The notes: a model not told the origin generated them from the sequence alone. Numbered from the whole stretch's first letter, positions 1-13,545 are shown. The stretch is 63,806 nucleotides of DNA, filler included, from Collodictyon triciliatum (GCA_043381765.1; 4 parts of 4 records of this genome joined end to end with filler, not necessarily neighbours in it); one strand, 5' to 3'. Numbers and translations: made by a program.

Positions 1-190
1 AAAAGAAAAAAAGAAAAAAAGAAAAAAAGAAAAAAAGAAAAAAAGAAAAAAAGAAAAAAAGAAAAAAAGAAAAAAAGAAAAAAAGAAAAAAAGAAAAAAA
101 GAAAAAAAAAAAAAAAAAAAAAAAAAAAAGAAAAAAAGAAAAAAAGAAAAAAAGAAAAAAAACCAAAAAACCCAAAAAAAACCCAAAAAA
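1..190. repeat. (AAAAAAG)n and A-rich simple repeat
   Basis: Tandem 7-mer visible directly, degrading into poly-A and AAAAAAACCC units. Confidence 0.95.
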
Positions 191-303
191 CTCCAAAGCG
201 AAGAAAGAAACTGAAAAGCGAAGAAACAAAAACAAAAAAAGAAAACATCACTTAACTCTCTTTGGACCCTCAAACTCTATTGACACTCTCAGGTTATACG
301 ACC

Positions 304-3300
304 ATGTCCGGCCCAGCCTTCCGGTACGCAGACAAGAGAGAGCTCGAAGAGAAGTCCCAACAACGACTCAACGAACGCGCCCGCCGCCCCTCGAATCAGT
401 TCCAAAGCCTTTTGCAGACTCCACAAAGCGGAACGTCACCCGCAACAGCAACAACAACAGCAACAGCAACGAGCGCTTCTCCGACCGAGGCACTGTTTCA
501 GGTCTCCACTTCTCCGAACGCCGCAGTCCAGCCAGTATTGCAGAGTTCGTTGGGGCAATCGCCGTCTCCTTCCCCAAGGTCATGGGAGCCGACGCTTGAA
601 CACATCAGCACAGAGCAAACCGAGGACGAACATACACAGACCCATTCCCCACGAGACTACTCCGGCTTCGACCGCAAGAGCCTCGTTGTGCGTCCGACAA
701 ACGTATCCACGAATCGAATCACCACAGAAGTGTCCGCATCGCCCCAGGATGCCACGGCTGCGTCTGATCCCTCGTATTCCTCCGATTATCACAATCGCGT
801 TCAGGCAAGAATGAAGCAGCAGGCACGCTTACAAGTCCGCTCTCAGCAGTTCACATCGCCCCCACTTTCTCCACTTCCACTTGGCGAAACAGCATCTCGA
901 ACTGGCCGTTCCATCACTTCAAATGCCACGACTTCATCGACTGCACATCACTCGCAGCGCCCAACCAATCTGCCTCCTTTGATGGAGCATATCCAGTCTC
1001 AACCAAGCGCTCAAATTCCTCAGTCAAATCCTCTACCACCCATTCAGCCTCAAACGCAACCTGATATGCAACATCATGTCCAACCTCAGACACGACCTCA
1101 AACACAACCTCAAATGCATCCTGATGTGCAGCCTCAAACACAGCCTCAAACACAATCTGATATGCAGCATCATATCCAACCTCAGACACAACCTCATTTG
1201 CAACCTCAGACACAACCTATAATGCAACCTCAGACACAGCCTCAAACACAGCCTCAAATGCATCCTGGTATGCAGCATCATGTCCAGCCTCAAACACAAC
1301 CTCCAATTCAACATCCAATTCAACCTCAAACGCAACCTCAAATGCAACCTCAAATGCAACCTCAAATGCAACCTCAAACACAAACCCAATCGCAACATTC
1401 TAACCAGCTTCAATCTGAAGCCCACGATGAAGTGCAGCCACAGCCAGCTTCACTAGGAGGCGACCCATTTAGTGACGCTGCGGCTCACGCTTCATCCAGC
1501 ACGGCTTCATCTGGGACAGTCCATACCGCTGCAGACTCGCGATTGTCTTCAAAGTCTGATTCTCAACCTACAAGAGGCATTAAAGCACCGCCACGATACT
1601 CATTTGCATACTCGCCGAATCAGACGCCCAATCAAACACCCCGTGAAGGCTCATCCCAGAATGCGAATACCAATCTCCAGATAAATCCTGCACTCGCACA
1701 TCAGCACCAGCATAGTTACCAACAGCAGCACACATCACACAGCCAACAACAGGCATCAACCCCATCTCACACACACGCACCAGACTTGGAGCCCAGTCGA
1801 GCGTGGCCAACACCAGCACCGACACCGTCTCATGGGAATGGAGTCCCAGCAGCGCTAGCAGACATCGAAGAACAGCCACATGAAGAGACAAGCATGCTTC
1901 CTGGGGTGCGTAGTCCAGTTCTCCTCAATCTATATGAAATATACTTTATCTATTCCAAACATTCTTACCCAAGCTTGAAGCTTCTACTGAATTTCTACTT
2001 GTCGGGAGCATATTTCTAGTTCTCTTAACATTCATCCAAAATTATTCATGAAGCCTCCTGCCGTCGGAGAAGGAGGAAAAACATATGATTACAAACCAAG
2101 GTACGGAACTGCAAACCAAAAGAAGAAACAAACAGGCACCATCCGACACATGCAGGATGGCTTCAAGGTATATCCAATCAGTCCAGTATAGTTCTCTCTT
2201 TCTATAATATGCTTAAATAATTCATTCATTCATTTATTCATTCATTCATTCTAAAAAAAAATGCATCTTATAATTTCAGGAATCAACGGCATCAACAAGC
2301 GGTACACTAGTCGTTATAGGGACATCAACCCTATGCTTACTGGGCTTCTTGATGATTATGCCAGGAATCACCAACCTCATCAGCTCCTACGATACGATGT
2401 ACGATATGTCATCTTTTTTCTATTTCTTTTTGTCTCTTCGCAAGCCACAAAATCAAATGATAAGCTTCAGTAAGGCGTTTCTGACAGAATGCACCACTCT
2501 CAAATGAAATCGACATCTATTGATACAAACAATGACAGGTCAAACACCCAACAAAACCCGTCTATCGGAGGCGACTATGCGCTAGTCTTTATTGGATTCT
2601 TTATGTATGTTGGGTCTGTTGTCTACTCTCAGGTACAGAAAGAGAAACAGTATATAGCCATAAAATCATTATAGCATAGGACCATACGATTATGGCGGCT
2701 CCAACATGCAATTTTCTATGTTTCCCGCTTTTCTTATATAACTTGAGGATTCTAGAGAATACTATACACAGCGTGCATCATTAGACAATAATAGTACCGC
2801 TCAACTGACTTCTCCAAACTAGATGCGGCTGAGCGAGGCGGACTTGTGGGTGCGCATACTCAGTCTCGTTTTCTGGATCAGCTGTGTGGGATGGGGTAAG
2901 GAAGTAGCGACAAGCTACAACTCTATGCAAAAAACACCACCACCACCACCACCACCACCGAAATCGCTGATACATATAAGGATGGGGATGCCAGAGTCTC
3001 GATTATGTTATTTGATATATGGATGTTTTACGATAAGAGAGTGTCAGTGCGGTTAGATGACTGTATGATTAGATGATTATAGAGTCGAGGGCTACTCGCA
3101 CCATACTGTCGATTTCTATTGTTAATAGCTCTCTTTTGACGCTTTATCGGTTACATTTTTTTTTTTAAAGAACGTGAATTTAATGAGCATCATCGCTAAC
3201 AAGACCCATACTCGTATGCAACACAACAGGGTACTGCAACACACTTCTCGGAGCGGAGTCTGAGAGAGAGGAGCCCGACTTTGTATTTCCGAACGGAATC

Positions 3301-4390
3301 CGCATTAACTTCGACAACTCGGTCTTAGTTTCCGCGAGGTAAAGGAGGACGTGTGTAGCGGACTCATATGAATAACATTCGATGTAGACCTATGCTTTTT
3401 CTTTTTGTCCTTTTTGTCCTTTTGTCTTTTTGTCTATTGTCTATTGTCTATTGTGTATTGTCTATTGTGTATTGTCTATTGTGTATTGTGTATTGTGTAT
3501 TGTGTATTGTGTATTGTGTATTGTGTATTGTGTATCGTCTATTGTCCTTTTGTCTACTGTCTACTGTCTACTGTCTATTGTCTATTGTCTATTGTCTATT
3601 GTCTATTGTCTATTGTCTATTGTCTATTGTCTACTGCCTACTGTCTATTGTCTATTGTCTTTTTCTTTTCAGTTTGCGTTTCCATATTATTTTTATTATT
3701 ATTATTTTTTTGTCTCTTTAAGCGGGTCATACGTTTTCTTCTTCGAGATGCCGCCTTCTTAAAAGTGTTCGAATGCAGAGACGGGTTCATTGAGATGTTC
3801 TGCTTCTCGCTGGTGTCCATGATTATTCCAGCTGTGCACTACACAAACCTGAACGAGAGCGAGCGAAAAAGGGTATCGACGGAAGACATGATGTACTTCT
3901 GCGGACAATACTTTTTATGCTGGGTGAAGGTAAGAGAGTTAGAGGATATTCGATTGATATTGTGAAGGATGTTACGTTTCTAACACAGTCATAATCATTA
4001 AGTGTGTTGCACGCACGTCCTTTTATATATTTATATATTATTTATATATTGGTTTTCTTTTATATATTTCAATGGCGATATTTTGTAAGTTTATGAGAAG
4101 GGAGGCAGGCAGCAGACCCACTTACATTCACGATACCATATGACGTTGCAGTATGTCGTGTCACCAGTCATCATCGCATTCAGCCTAGTAGCGAGCATCT
4201 TCCTAGGTAAGGAATGATAACGCATTTGATAGACGCACCAGCTGCGCGCGCAGCGATCTCTATTGTTATGTGTATATTTGTGAGTGTATGAGTAGGAAGG
4301 GGTATATTTGGATGTACTTACATGAGGGGCTTTTCTGTAGTTATCAAGCACGCAGTTGTTCCATCAGATGTAAGAGAAGTATTCTATTAA
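304..4390 (+). CDS. Hypothetical multi-exon membrane protein with a long Q/P/S/T-rich disordered N-terminus and about 5 C-terminal hydrophobic segments
   Basis: Long first exon from ATG 304 (MSGPAFRY...) to a donor near 1909. Phase-compatible GT-AG exons follow near 2054, 2280, 2489-2631, 2823, 3230, 3779, 4152 and 4368. They give TM-like runs (LVVIGTSTLCLLGFLMIMPGI, YALVFIGFFMYVGSVVY, ILSLVFWISCVGWG, FIEMFCFSLVSMIIP, VVSPVIIAFSLVASIFL), then TAA at 4388-4390. The exact exon set is uncertain. Confidence 0.6.
1040..1400 (+). repeat. Coding minisatellite giving QPQTQP/QPQM repeats
   Basis: Repeated CAACCTCAAA(TG/CA) and ATGCAGCATCAT units inside exon 1 of the first gene. Confidence 0.9.
3435..3660. 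repeat. Intronic (TATTGTC/TATTGTG)n 7-mer microsatellite
   Basis: Tandem repeat visible directly; it produces the spurious CLLSIVY ORFs. Confidence 0.95.
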
Positions 4391-6143
4391 TGAATATTTG
4401 TATGAAGATACGAAATCGATGATTACAGCGATATGTTGTGTTTCGCGGATTAATTAATGAAATGTGTGTGGGCACAACAGAACCAAGCGGTCATCCACCC
4501 ACGGTCACGAGCATCAGGGCAGAGCGCGTAAGGGACAAGAGAGAGGCGAGGCGTTTGGAAGCAAGAGGACACAAACCCACAGCCGCCACCAGCCGGCTCT
4601 CTATCTCCAATCAGTCTTCTTTTCAATTCATCCTCTGATAAATTGAGGCCAAAACTTCTAATCAAGGCACCAGCGCCTTACAATTTTATCAATCTGGTGT
4701 GTGCCATATCTTGCGTCTTCAAATCGATGTGCTGGTCGCATCTGGCTCAACCCTTAGATTCAATTCCACAAAAGAACTATCCGATCTAAGCACGTCCACA
4801 AAAGAATGAATTCTAGATGGTTGTATCCAAATATGTAGGACAGTGTGTGAAATTTCAAAATTCCCAGCCGATTTTCTCTCGAACGTTCATTGAAAGCATT
4901 CTTATCTTAACAACTTTCATTTAAGACAAGTGCTAATATGGACTTTAATAGCAAAACATTTACCGCCTTCGGTCGCACGGAAAAACTCCATCCTTTTTTT
5001 TCAAAACGGCCGATGTTGAATCGAATTCGTTCTCTCTATGTTTTTTATGGTAGATTCGCAAAGTTTTTCAATAAAGATCGCCAAATTAGGACCATTACAG
5101 CGAAGCTTTTATTTTCTTTTCCATCATGGCCATTTTTCTTTGAATAGTTTAGAATGGGTTTCCTTTCATTTGAACAGAACAGACCACCCAAGAGAAAAGG
5201 AAGCCATCCGCGCCTTAGATGCGATTCATTTACCAAACCACACGCTCACACGCACACACACGCCAGAATCGTGATTTCTCAAGCGGAATATCTAAATCAC
5301 AACTTTTATGAGCCCAAAAAAATCCGGTTAAAAAAAACCGTCATGTGATAATCGGGCTGAAATGCAGACGGGAAGTTGTTCTGATGTCTCGAAGAATGTG
5401 CTGGTCTGTGTTTTGTCAGATGCGTGGCTGCCTCCACTTATTTTTATCATCTTCGTTTCTGCTCCTCCTTTCCCCCGCTTTGTTCTCTCGTTTTGTTCTT
5501 TCATTTTTCACAGTGCTCGTATGTAATTCTGAAACCTGGACGGTGCGGGTATAAAGAAAAGGCTTGAAGTCTTTTCATTTTGCCTTATTTTTTTGTTTTG
5601 TTCTTTTGCTGCAAAGCATTCTTCCTCCAGCAAAGCATATGCTGTCTTCTCTCGCTTCCTCCATAATCCCTTTTCAACCACTTTTATGATTCTTCCCTCG
5701 TGTCCCTCATCTCTTTCCTTTGGCTTACACAAAATATGAAGACTGGCACAAATACATTCTCATGCGCTGCAAATCACTGCTTTGCTTTGTTTTGTTTAGT
5801 TTTGTTTGCGTCGGATAAGTGCTTTCGATACATTTCCGGCCTAATTTTTTTTTTTTCGTGTGTGTTGTGAAAACAGATCCATTTTCTTCTGGTTTGCTTA
5901 ACAGCATTCAAAACAGAACGAAACAATACCTTTTCTTTTCTTTTAGTTTCCTCCAGCCCGTTTCAGTATTCTTCCTCTGGAGTGGAAGCAGGAACAAGAA
6001 CGGCTACTTTTTCGTCGGCTAATTTTCTTCATTCTTTTTTTCTCTTGAAAACAATTCATCAGTGGTCTTCTGCAACAAAACTGCATTCACTCCTGCTTGT
6101 TTCTAAATCGCAGTTGTGCTCAGCGAGCAGTTTTTTTTATTTT

Positions 6144-6202
<59 letters not shown>

Positions 6203-6882
6203 TTGATGACACACAATAATTATATGCGATTGCCAACTTATCTGCATCACTAATATATGCATTTGTTGAGTTCTTTTTTTAAGTGAACAAATCATCTATT
6301 ACAACATGCTTGACGAAAACTTACAATGCAACTTTGGTCTCACAGCATCGATGCAAAAAAAAAAAAACTTTGATTTCTCAAGTCGCTTATGTGGCATCTC
6401 TTTTTATTTTTTTGTTTTGTTTGCCTTGACAAGCGCGGGCTTTTATATTTTTTTCATCATGCTAGTTTATCTAAACTCATCGCAAAACACAAAAGGCGCC
6501 CACTTGATCGATCACACCCAATCAATTGAAAAATAAGATGAGAGGTTAAATCGTGCGATTCCCCGCTGTGATAGACAGCCACCCAACAACGATCAAATCA
6601 TATGTTACACAAACCACGAAAAGACTTTGTAAAAAAACGATACAAAACATAACAAAACGAAAAAGAAAAAAAAACGAAACGAAACGAAACAAAACAACAA
6701 ACTGCATCAAACTAGGAAATATAATTATTATTATTATTGACTGAAAATATCGTCAATATGATACAAGAAGCGCACTAAAACGAAGCAAACTCACACCCCA
6801 ACCCAAAATTAGTATCCGCATACATCTCCTGCAACGCCCTTGCGAAAGGCCTGCAGACTGAGCTGCAAATCGTCCCACAACA

Positions 6883-9864
6883 ATGACGACGGCTTCTGCG
6901 TCTGCATCAACCTTTGTGACTATGCGTTATACGGCACCACCATTCATTGGGCAATGTCCACACTGTTCAAACACAATCGCTTTGCATCTGGCAGGGACAT
7001 TTCCCTACACCCAGGCCGCCCCTTCCGCCCAGCAAGCAGCCGATTCGCCTCCTCTCCAACACACGCGGTTCGATTCTCGGTCAGAGCAAGCTTACCAACA
7101 ACCAGACTGGGACGCAAAAAGCGAGCACCCTTTCTCGTGGGCCTCCGTTTTGACAAAGGCAAGTGCTTAACTCGCTACTTTCTGTATATCGCTTGGCAAG
7201 TGTCTTTCGCAGCAATTTCTATTCTGTTTGACGAAATCCTCGAGATCGTGCTTGGGTCCCGAAAACTTTTCACAACGATGCGGTTATGTGAAAATGAGAC
7301 GCCTTGGGGCTTATTCTTGCGTTTTCCATCATTTGATTGCTATTTTAGACCGAAAAGCATTCGTTTGCGATCTTCAGCGCGGTGCGGAGGCTTCTGCAAG
7401 ACAATCGTGTGGACCATGAGGTTGTGTTGCAAATCAAGGCAGATTGTGGTCTATTGGAGCGTGAGATTAAGCTGTTGCAGGAAAAGATGTTATCAGTAAG
7501 TCGGTTGTGCTGTCTAATCGCTGCTGCATTTCTCCTCTTTTTTTCTTTCTTTCTTGGGTTGTCCAGAGGTGACTATTGAAATGATATTAAACAATACGAA
7601 TGCTCATTTTTATTGAAGCCCGTGCTCCATCGCTCACAAGACGGTGTTTGATCTAGGCCAGAAGTGTAATTTTGTCCTGTTATCCTATGGTTCTAAAATG
7701 TTCTTCACAGACACCAAATATCAATCAGCCTCCGCATGCCGCCTCTGAGTTGCAGTTTATATCCGAAACTCCAACTTCCATCGCCCAACAGCTCCGAACA
7801 AATCAAATTACAAACCACACGTCTCATTCACACCCCCATCAACAACCAGTTGTCAGGTACGAGCGTATTTCCAAATGGTGTTGCTTGTAGCTATAGAACA
7901 TATTAATAGAAGCTTTATGATATCTAATACTGATGTGTTTTTTTTTTTTTTTTTTTTTATAAATCAAATAGACATGCCACTTATGTTTTTTAAAAGCAAA
8001 TATTAACTCAAATGTTAACAAAACCAAACAAAAAGCCCTTTGGATGGACCACGCAGTTATGAAACAATCCCAACACCAAACTTTGAGGGCCACCTACCAG
8101 TACTTTACCAGTTGAAGAATACGTCCCCCTTATATTCAGAATACAACGGAATCCAGGTAAACAGATACCCACCATTCAGTGCATTATCTTTATCAAATCT
8201 GAATGCGTGTGTATATCATTTTTATTTTTAAATACTACTATTACTATTACTATTACTATTACTATTGCTATTACTATTATTATCATCATTATCATTATCA
8301 TTATCATTATCATTATCATAATCATTATCATTCATATTCAATATTATTCAGTATAATCGAACAACTTTAACATTGTTTGAGTGTTTCTTTCGTTGATTGA
8401 TTTTTTTAATTTTGATTAGCAACACACAAGTTACATGCAAACTGATTGGCGTTCTCACTCTGCTCGTCTTAATGCTGCAAACGAGTTCCCCCATTCATTC
8501 AGAAATACCGACGAGTCAAAGATGCTATCAGACAAGTTTGCAAATGATTTGATCTCACAAAAAAATCTTTATCTATAATTTCCTAGAGACAAGATTCTTG
8601 TGCCAAAAAACTTGGTTACTTGTACTTATTGTTGTCTTCCTATCGATATCGTTTCAGAGAAAGAAGAATTGCCCGTCAAAGGAAAAAGAAGATAGTCAAG
8701 GTATTCATCATCAGTCATCTCTTACGCATTTTTTTCGGTCATCGCAAAATTAAACTAAAGGCGTTAATAGCATGGTTTTTGGGACATTTTTTTTTAATTA
8801 TACCTTGACGTAAATGCTCTCATTTGACCTTTTTACTAAAAGGGAAGGAACACCATTTTTATTCAAGATGCAACACAATTACAAAACCTCTTTTCTTTTA
8901 TGTTTTTTCTTCTTAAAATGAGTAATTAAATCTATTATTAAAAATGATTCTTTTTAGCAGCAAATGTCAGTTATCTATTGCAGACATTGTGGTGTGACTG
9001 AAACTCCAGAATGGAGAACTGGTCCCGAACAAAAACCTATGTACGTACAAATTCATGCAAGTAGATGAACAAAGAACAAAGAACAAAGAACAAAGAACAA
9101 AGAACAAAGAACAAAGAACAAAGAACAAAGAACAAAGAACAAAGAACAAAGAACAAAGAACAAAGAACAAAGAACAAAGAACAAAAACAACAACAACAAA
9201 AACAACAACAACAAAAACAACAACAACAAAAACAACAACAAAAACAACAACAAAAACAACAACAAAAACAACAACAAAAACAACAACAAAAACAACAAAT
9301 ACATTGCAACTTAGGAAAGCAAGTCATATTGAATTGTTATCAGTTCAATATTTGCACAGTCGTTCAATGAAACAATTCTATGATGAAAGAACAAAGACAT
9401 GATTTCACACTATGCTGCAACGACATTGAAATATGCACTCACAGTAATACTCTCGCAGATTGTGCAATGCGTGCGGCTTGAAATACAAAAAGTACGGACT
9501 GGAAATGAGGAAACCAACAACGGATAGCAAGCCAGTTCGCGAAGGGAGCTCTTTGGTTGATTTCTCAACTTCCCACTGGTTGGCGAGTGCAAGCAGCGTC
9601 GGGCCGATGGGTCCAGAGAGTTTGCACACTCACATCCACCGCGGTAAATCAGTCGGTGTCGGTATTACAAATGATGATGACGGTGATGATGACGATGATG
9701 ACGACGACGATGCAGATGCAGACGCAGATGAGGATGATGATTACATCGTGGATGAAGTCGACAGCAACCATACCGGCAATCCAGACATTCTGTACAATCT
9801 CATTAACGTCGAAGGCAGCGATGGTGACAATGCAGCTGACTTGGATGGTTCTGGCGGCACATAG
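6883..9864 (+). CDS. GATA-type zinc-finger transcription factor (C-X2-C-X18-C-X2-C) with an acidic C-terminal tail, about 9 exons
   Basis: Exons near 8958-9040 and 9459-9864 splice to [32 protein letters not shown]. They are preceded by basic RIARQRKKKIVK and followed by poly-Asp. Upstream exons near 6883, 7213, 7378, 7711, 8058, 8420 and 8659 are phase-compatible. Confidence 0.88.
9068..9298. repeat. Compound (CAAAGAA)n + (AAC)n repeat in the intron that splits the GATA finger
   Basis: Lies between the donor at about 9041 and the acceptor at about 9458. Confidence 0.95.
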
Positions 9865-10719
9865 TCCAGTCAAAAAAAAGGAAAAGAAAGAAGGTACCAC
9901 CAGGAAAATGACCGGAACAACTCGACATGGACTCAAGATTTGCTTCGGTTGGCCTTGGTTTCATCTGCCTTCAGGGTTACACATCTTTCCTCTCGTATCT
10001 GCTGTTTCATGAAGAGTCCACGCGGCTCATGTACTCACGAATCCTACTTCTCCACCATCTGCGCCTTCTGCCAATTGCAACCTACCCACCCTCCTTGAGT
10101 ATTTTATGGCACTCCCATCATCTTTCTTCCCTGTCTTAGTCTCAGCCTCAGCCCCAGTTTCTGATATCCTCATTGTCACTGTTATTGTCATTGTCATCTT
10201 TCCTCGAGAAAAAAATATAATTGTAGATGGAGCTCCGCAAACGACGGTCTGTATCAACTCGTACAGGCTTTTAGATGTGTTTGGGTTGCGGCATCCATCT
10301 CTCCTTCTTCCAGCTTCCTATGGCGAGGCATGAACCCTAGCACGGAAGAAAAGAAATCATATACACATACACACTTAGTTTCGATTATAATCACCAATAA
10401 ACTCTGGACAAAACCTGACTCGCGCCACGCTCAATGCAGCACGATACTCACCGACGGAAGCCAGGGTCGAGAAGGTACACCTTTTTCATCCCTCCCGTTC
10501 GAAAAAGCTGGCCTAAGCATATACGGGTTCATTGGGCTTTTTCATCTCACCGAAGAGGTGCATTCGATTGAAAGGTTGCTTTATTCTTTTGGGGGGCGTG
10601 GAGGAGACAGGGAAAAGCAGGGCGTGGAGGGATTCTCTCTCTTTTCTTATCTTTTGCAGGGCGCTCGTTTCTGTCTCGGCCTTTTCCCAGATTTTCTTGC
10701 GTGGAAAAGCGCGTGAGGC

Positions 10720-10923
10720 TTAGTCCCAGTGCGAGCGCTTGATCTCTTCGTGGTTCTTGTTGGCCCACCAGTAAACACCAAAGAGCGTGGCAAAAGCAGG
10801 GGCGACATATGGCACATTCTCGAGGAAGCGGCGGTCGAGTTTCTTTGAGTAGTCCTTGAAGAAGCCCTTCACGACGCTGCCGTACTCTTCGCTGGCGACG
10901 GTGCGGACAATGATTCCTCGCAT
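10720..10923 (-). CDS. QCR8: Cytochrome bc1 complex subunit 8 (QCR8/UQCRQ family), single exon, 67 aa
   Basis: MRGIIVRTVASEEYGSVVKGFFKDYSKKLDRRFLENVPYVAPAFATLFGVYWWANKNHEEIKRSHWD fits the size, the single TM helix and the ..EN..YV.P...GVY.WA...EE..R pattern of QCR8. Codon usage is GC3-rich. Confidence 0.88.
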   Translation of the reverse strand: MRGIIVRTVASEEYGSVVKGFFKDYSKKLDRRFLENVPYVAPAFATLFGVYWWANKNHEEIKRSHWD

Positions 10924-10956
10924 ATTGGGATGGTGTTGCTGTGTCTGCGTTTGTGA

Positions 10957-10964
10957 TTTATATA
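10957..10964 (-). promoter_or_regulatory. TATA-box-like element upstream of QCR8
   Basis: TATATAAA on the minus strand about 34 nt upstream of the ATG at 10923. Confidence 0.4.
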
Positions 10965-11662
10965 CACATCTTTTATTACTCCCCGTGCTTCTTTAGTTCT
11001 TCCTTTGGTTCTTCTCCAGGGCTTCTACTCGCTCTTTTTCATTTGCTTTTGGATCTTATTTTGATTAAAGTTGAAAGATGAATCAGAAACGAAGCCCGAG
11101 GATTCCATCGGAATGTGCTATTCTGGAAACTTATTTTGGTATGGATGAGTAGCCCATGTTTTCTGCTTGTGCGGGTGTTTCGGCCTGCGTGCGGACGCGG
11201 GTGCAGAGCGAGGCTTCTGCTACTTTACAGGAGCTTCGCCAGAGAGCAAGGCGATTGAAGAGAAACTCGGGCCGGTGCAAACCAAAGACCCTTGTGCATT
11301 TATTCTTTGGTGTTTTCTTCTCTATTTTGCCAAGTCAGAAAAAGGAGAAGAAAAAAAAAAAAAAAAAAGAGACAGAAATCTTAAACCACTGCCTCTAAAA
11401 TGCTTCAGCACAAAAGACAGAGAGAGAAAAAAAAGGAAGGCGGCCCTCTTTCTGGACTGACGGAGTCGATTCGCTTGAGAGGTTTGACCATAATCCTTCT
11501 TTTCTTCTCTCTCATTTTTCCTCTTATTTTTTTATGAGTTTCTCGTCTCATTTCTCTGCATATTCTGGAGAATTAACGGGGTTGCTTGATCCTTCTGCGT
11601 GCTGCGTCATAGCCTTTGTTGACCGGGACTCTTCAGAGGAATTGTTTCTTTTGGAGGGATCG

Positions 11663-13287
11663 ATGTCTTCCGCAAGTCCCTGGAAGCAGTTCCAGCACTA
11701 TCTTCTGGAAAACACATACTTTGTGCAGCTGCGAGTCCTGCTTAGAAAGAACTACCTTTTGGCGGTATGCTGGGCTTCTTTGTTCTATTTGCTCTTATTT
11801 TTCACCATCCGCACCTACCCACCCACCTACATTCTGTTTATGTCTTGTGGGTAAGTATTTTAACTTATGAGTCTGTTTCTGTCTATTCAGGTCCGAAACA
11901 AAAAGGGAACCTTCGGCCAGTTATTCACCCCAGTAGGAATCATATTCCTGCTTCTATTTTTCCAGTATATCAGTGAAATCGTGTTGGACCAGGATATAAA
12001 GAATCCGACTGCATATGAGGTCGGCCATGGACTTTATCTTAGGAGGATTTATGCTCATATTTAACAACGAAATATGTACATAAACAGTATTTACTATGTG
12101 CGAACTATAGAAATAGTTACATGGTTGATATGACAATATGGGTCACATTATTTATGCAGGTGGCAAATATTCCAAAGTGTCGATCCCGTGGAGGGATAAA
12201 ATGCCACACCGTTTTGTACTCGCCTTTGGACATAACCTACGAGTACTCTCCTTGTCGATTGTTCATCATATATACATATTAAATTAATGACAACGAAGCT
12301 GTTTTACTACCTTTTGAAACAAGCTGTATGAACATAAAATTTGGCTCACGTATAAGTTCACGTTATAAATTTTTCTTTCCTTTGCCTTGTTGAAATAAGA
12401 TGGGGGACACTAAAGGACGTCATGGAGCTTGTGGCTGAGTACAACGGACTTAGTTCTACAGATGATTTTTTTGCGATCGATTATGCACCAGGGACAACGT
12501 GTGATGTAAAGAAATACAATCATTATGCTGTGAACTTCTCTGTTTGCATTTTGTTGTTTGAAATTTGACATGTCTTAATCCTCTACCTTACTTATTTGAT
12601 TGATGTGACAGTTTAATCCTACGAGATTTAATGTTTCTGATATCCTTGGTTGCGACAGAGCTGTTGTCGATTACATCTTGGGTAAATACTCCACTAATAG
12701 AATGAAAAAAACTTTTATTTCGTTGAAATTTTGCAAATTTAAGTCTATTAATTTCTGCATTTAAAATTCACCTTTTTGTTTTCATTTCCTGTCAATAGCA
12801 AATCCCAATACAACACAGACAGCCATCGTGTTCTTTCCAGAGTTTAATATCACAGATAGCATTCCAGGAGGTAATTTGATAATTTTTCCACCCAGGCGAC
12901 TTATTTTACCAATTTCACCATCGTTTGAATGAACTCAACCTTTTTCTTTTTTCATTCATTCTTTTCCTTTAGGGTTTGATGTTCCAAAGCCAGTTTCGTA
13001 TGAAATCTTTTACAACAACACTGTCAAGCTGAGTCCTGAGCAAGTGATCGGTAGAGAAGGAAGGTTTGAGGACAAACTTATGGAATGAATACAAGCCTTC
13101 AAAATATGATATTCACCAGATATTGCTTGGCATATGCACCTATGGATAGAGTGAAGCTTTTGATATTTAATATTAAATTCCTACTAATATATGAACTGGA
13201 AGCCCCTTCGCTGTGGAAATGAAGAAATGGGTTGACAAAGCTATTTTTACTCTGCAACTTCGGAAACTCGTAACTTAGTGCTCTATC

Positions 13288-13323
<36 letters not shown>

Positions 13324-13505
13324 TAAAAATTTTTTTTTTTACCAACTTTTTTTTTATTAATTATAAAAATAAAAGATTTATANNNNNNNNNNNNNNNNNN
13401 NNNNNNNNNNNNNNNNNNNNNNNNNNNNNNNNNNNNNNNNNNNNNNNNNNNNNNNNNNNNNNNNNNNNNNNNNNNNNNNNNNAAAAAAAAAAAAAAAAAA
13501 AAAAA

Positions 13506-13545
<40 letters not shown>

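Noticed and set aside
3368..3965. Hydrophobic or low-complexity ORFs here and at 8967-9402, 27408-28071, 31598-31919, 32920-33408, 36294-36613 and 61348-61888
   Set aside because: They are translations of intronic microsatellites. Only small parts coincide with real exons.
8969..8982. 14-nt micro-intron before the GATA finger
   Set aside because: Unspliced reading gives QQMSVIYCRHC in frame and supplies the first Cys.
11131..11157. MGYSSIPK* as an upstream exon of QCR8, or TAA reassignment
   Set aside because: It ends in TAA before the GT. TAA, TAG and TGA all end genes here and long exons lack in-frame stops. A TATA-like box lies just upstream of ATG 10923.
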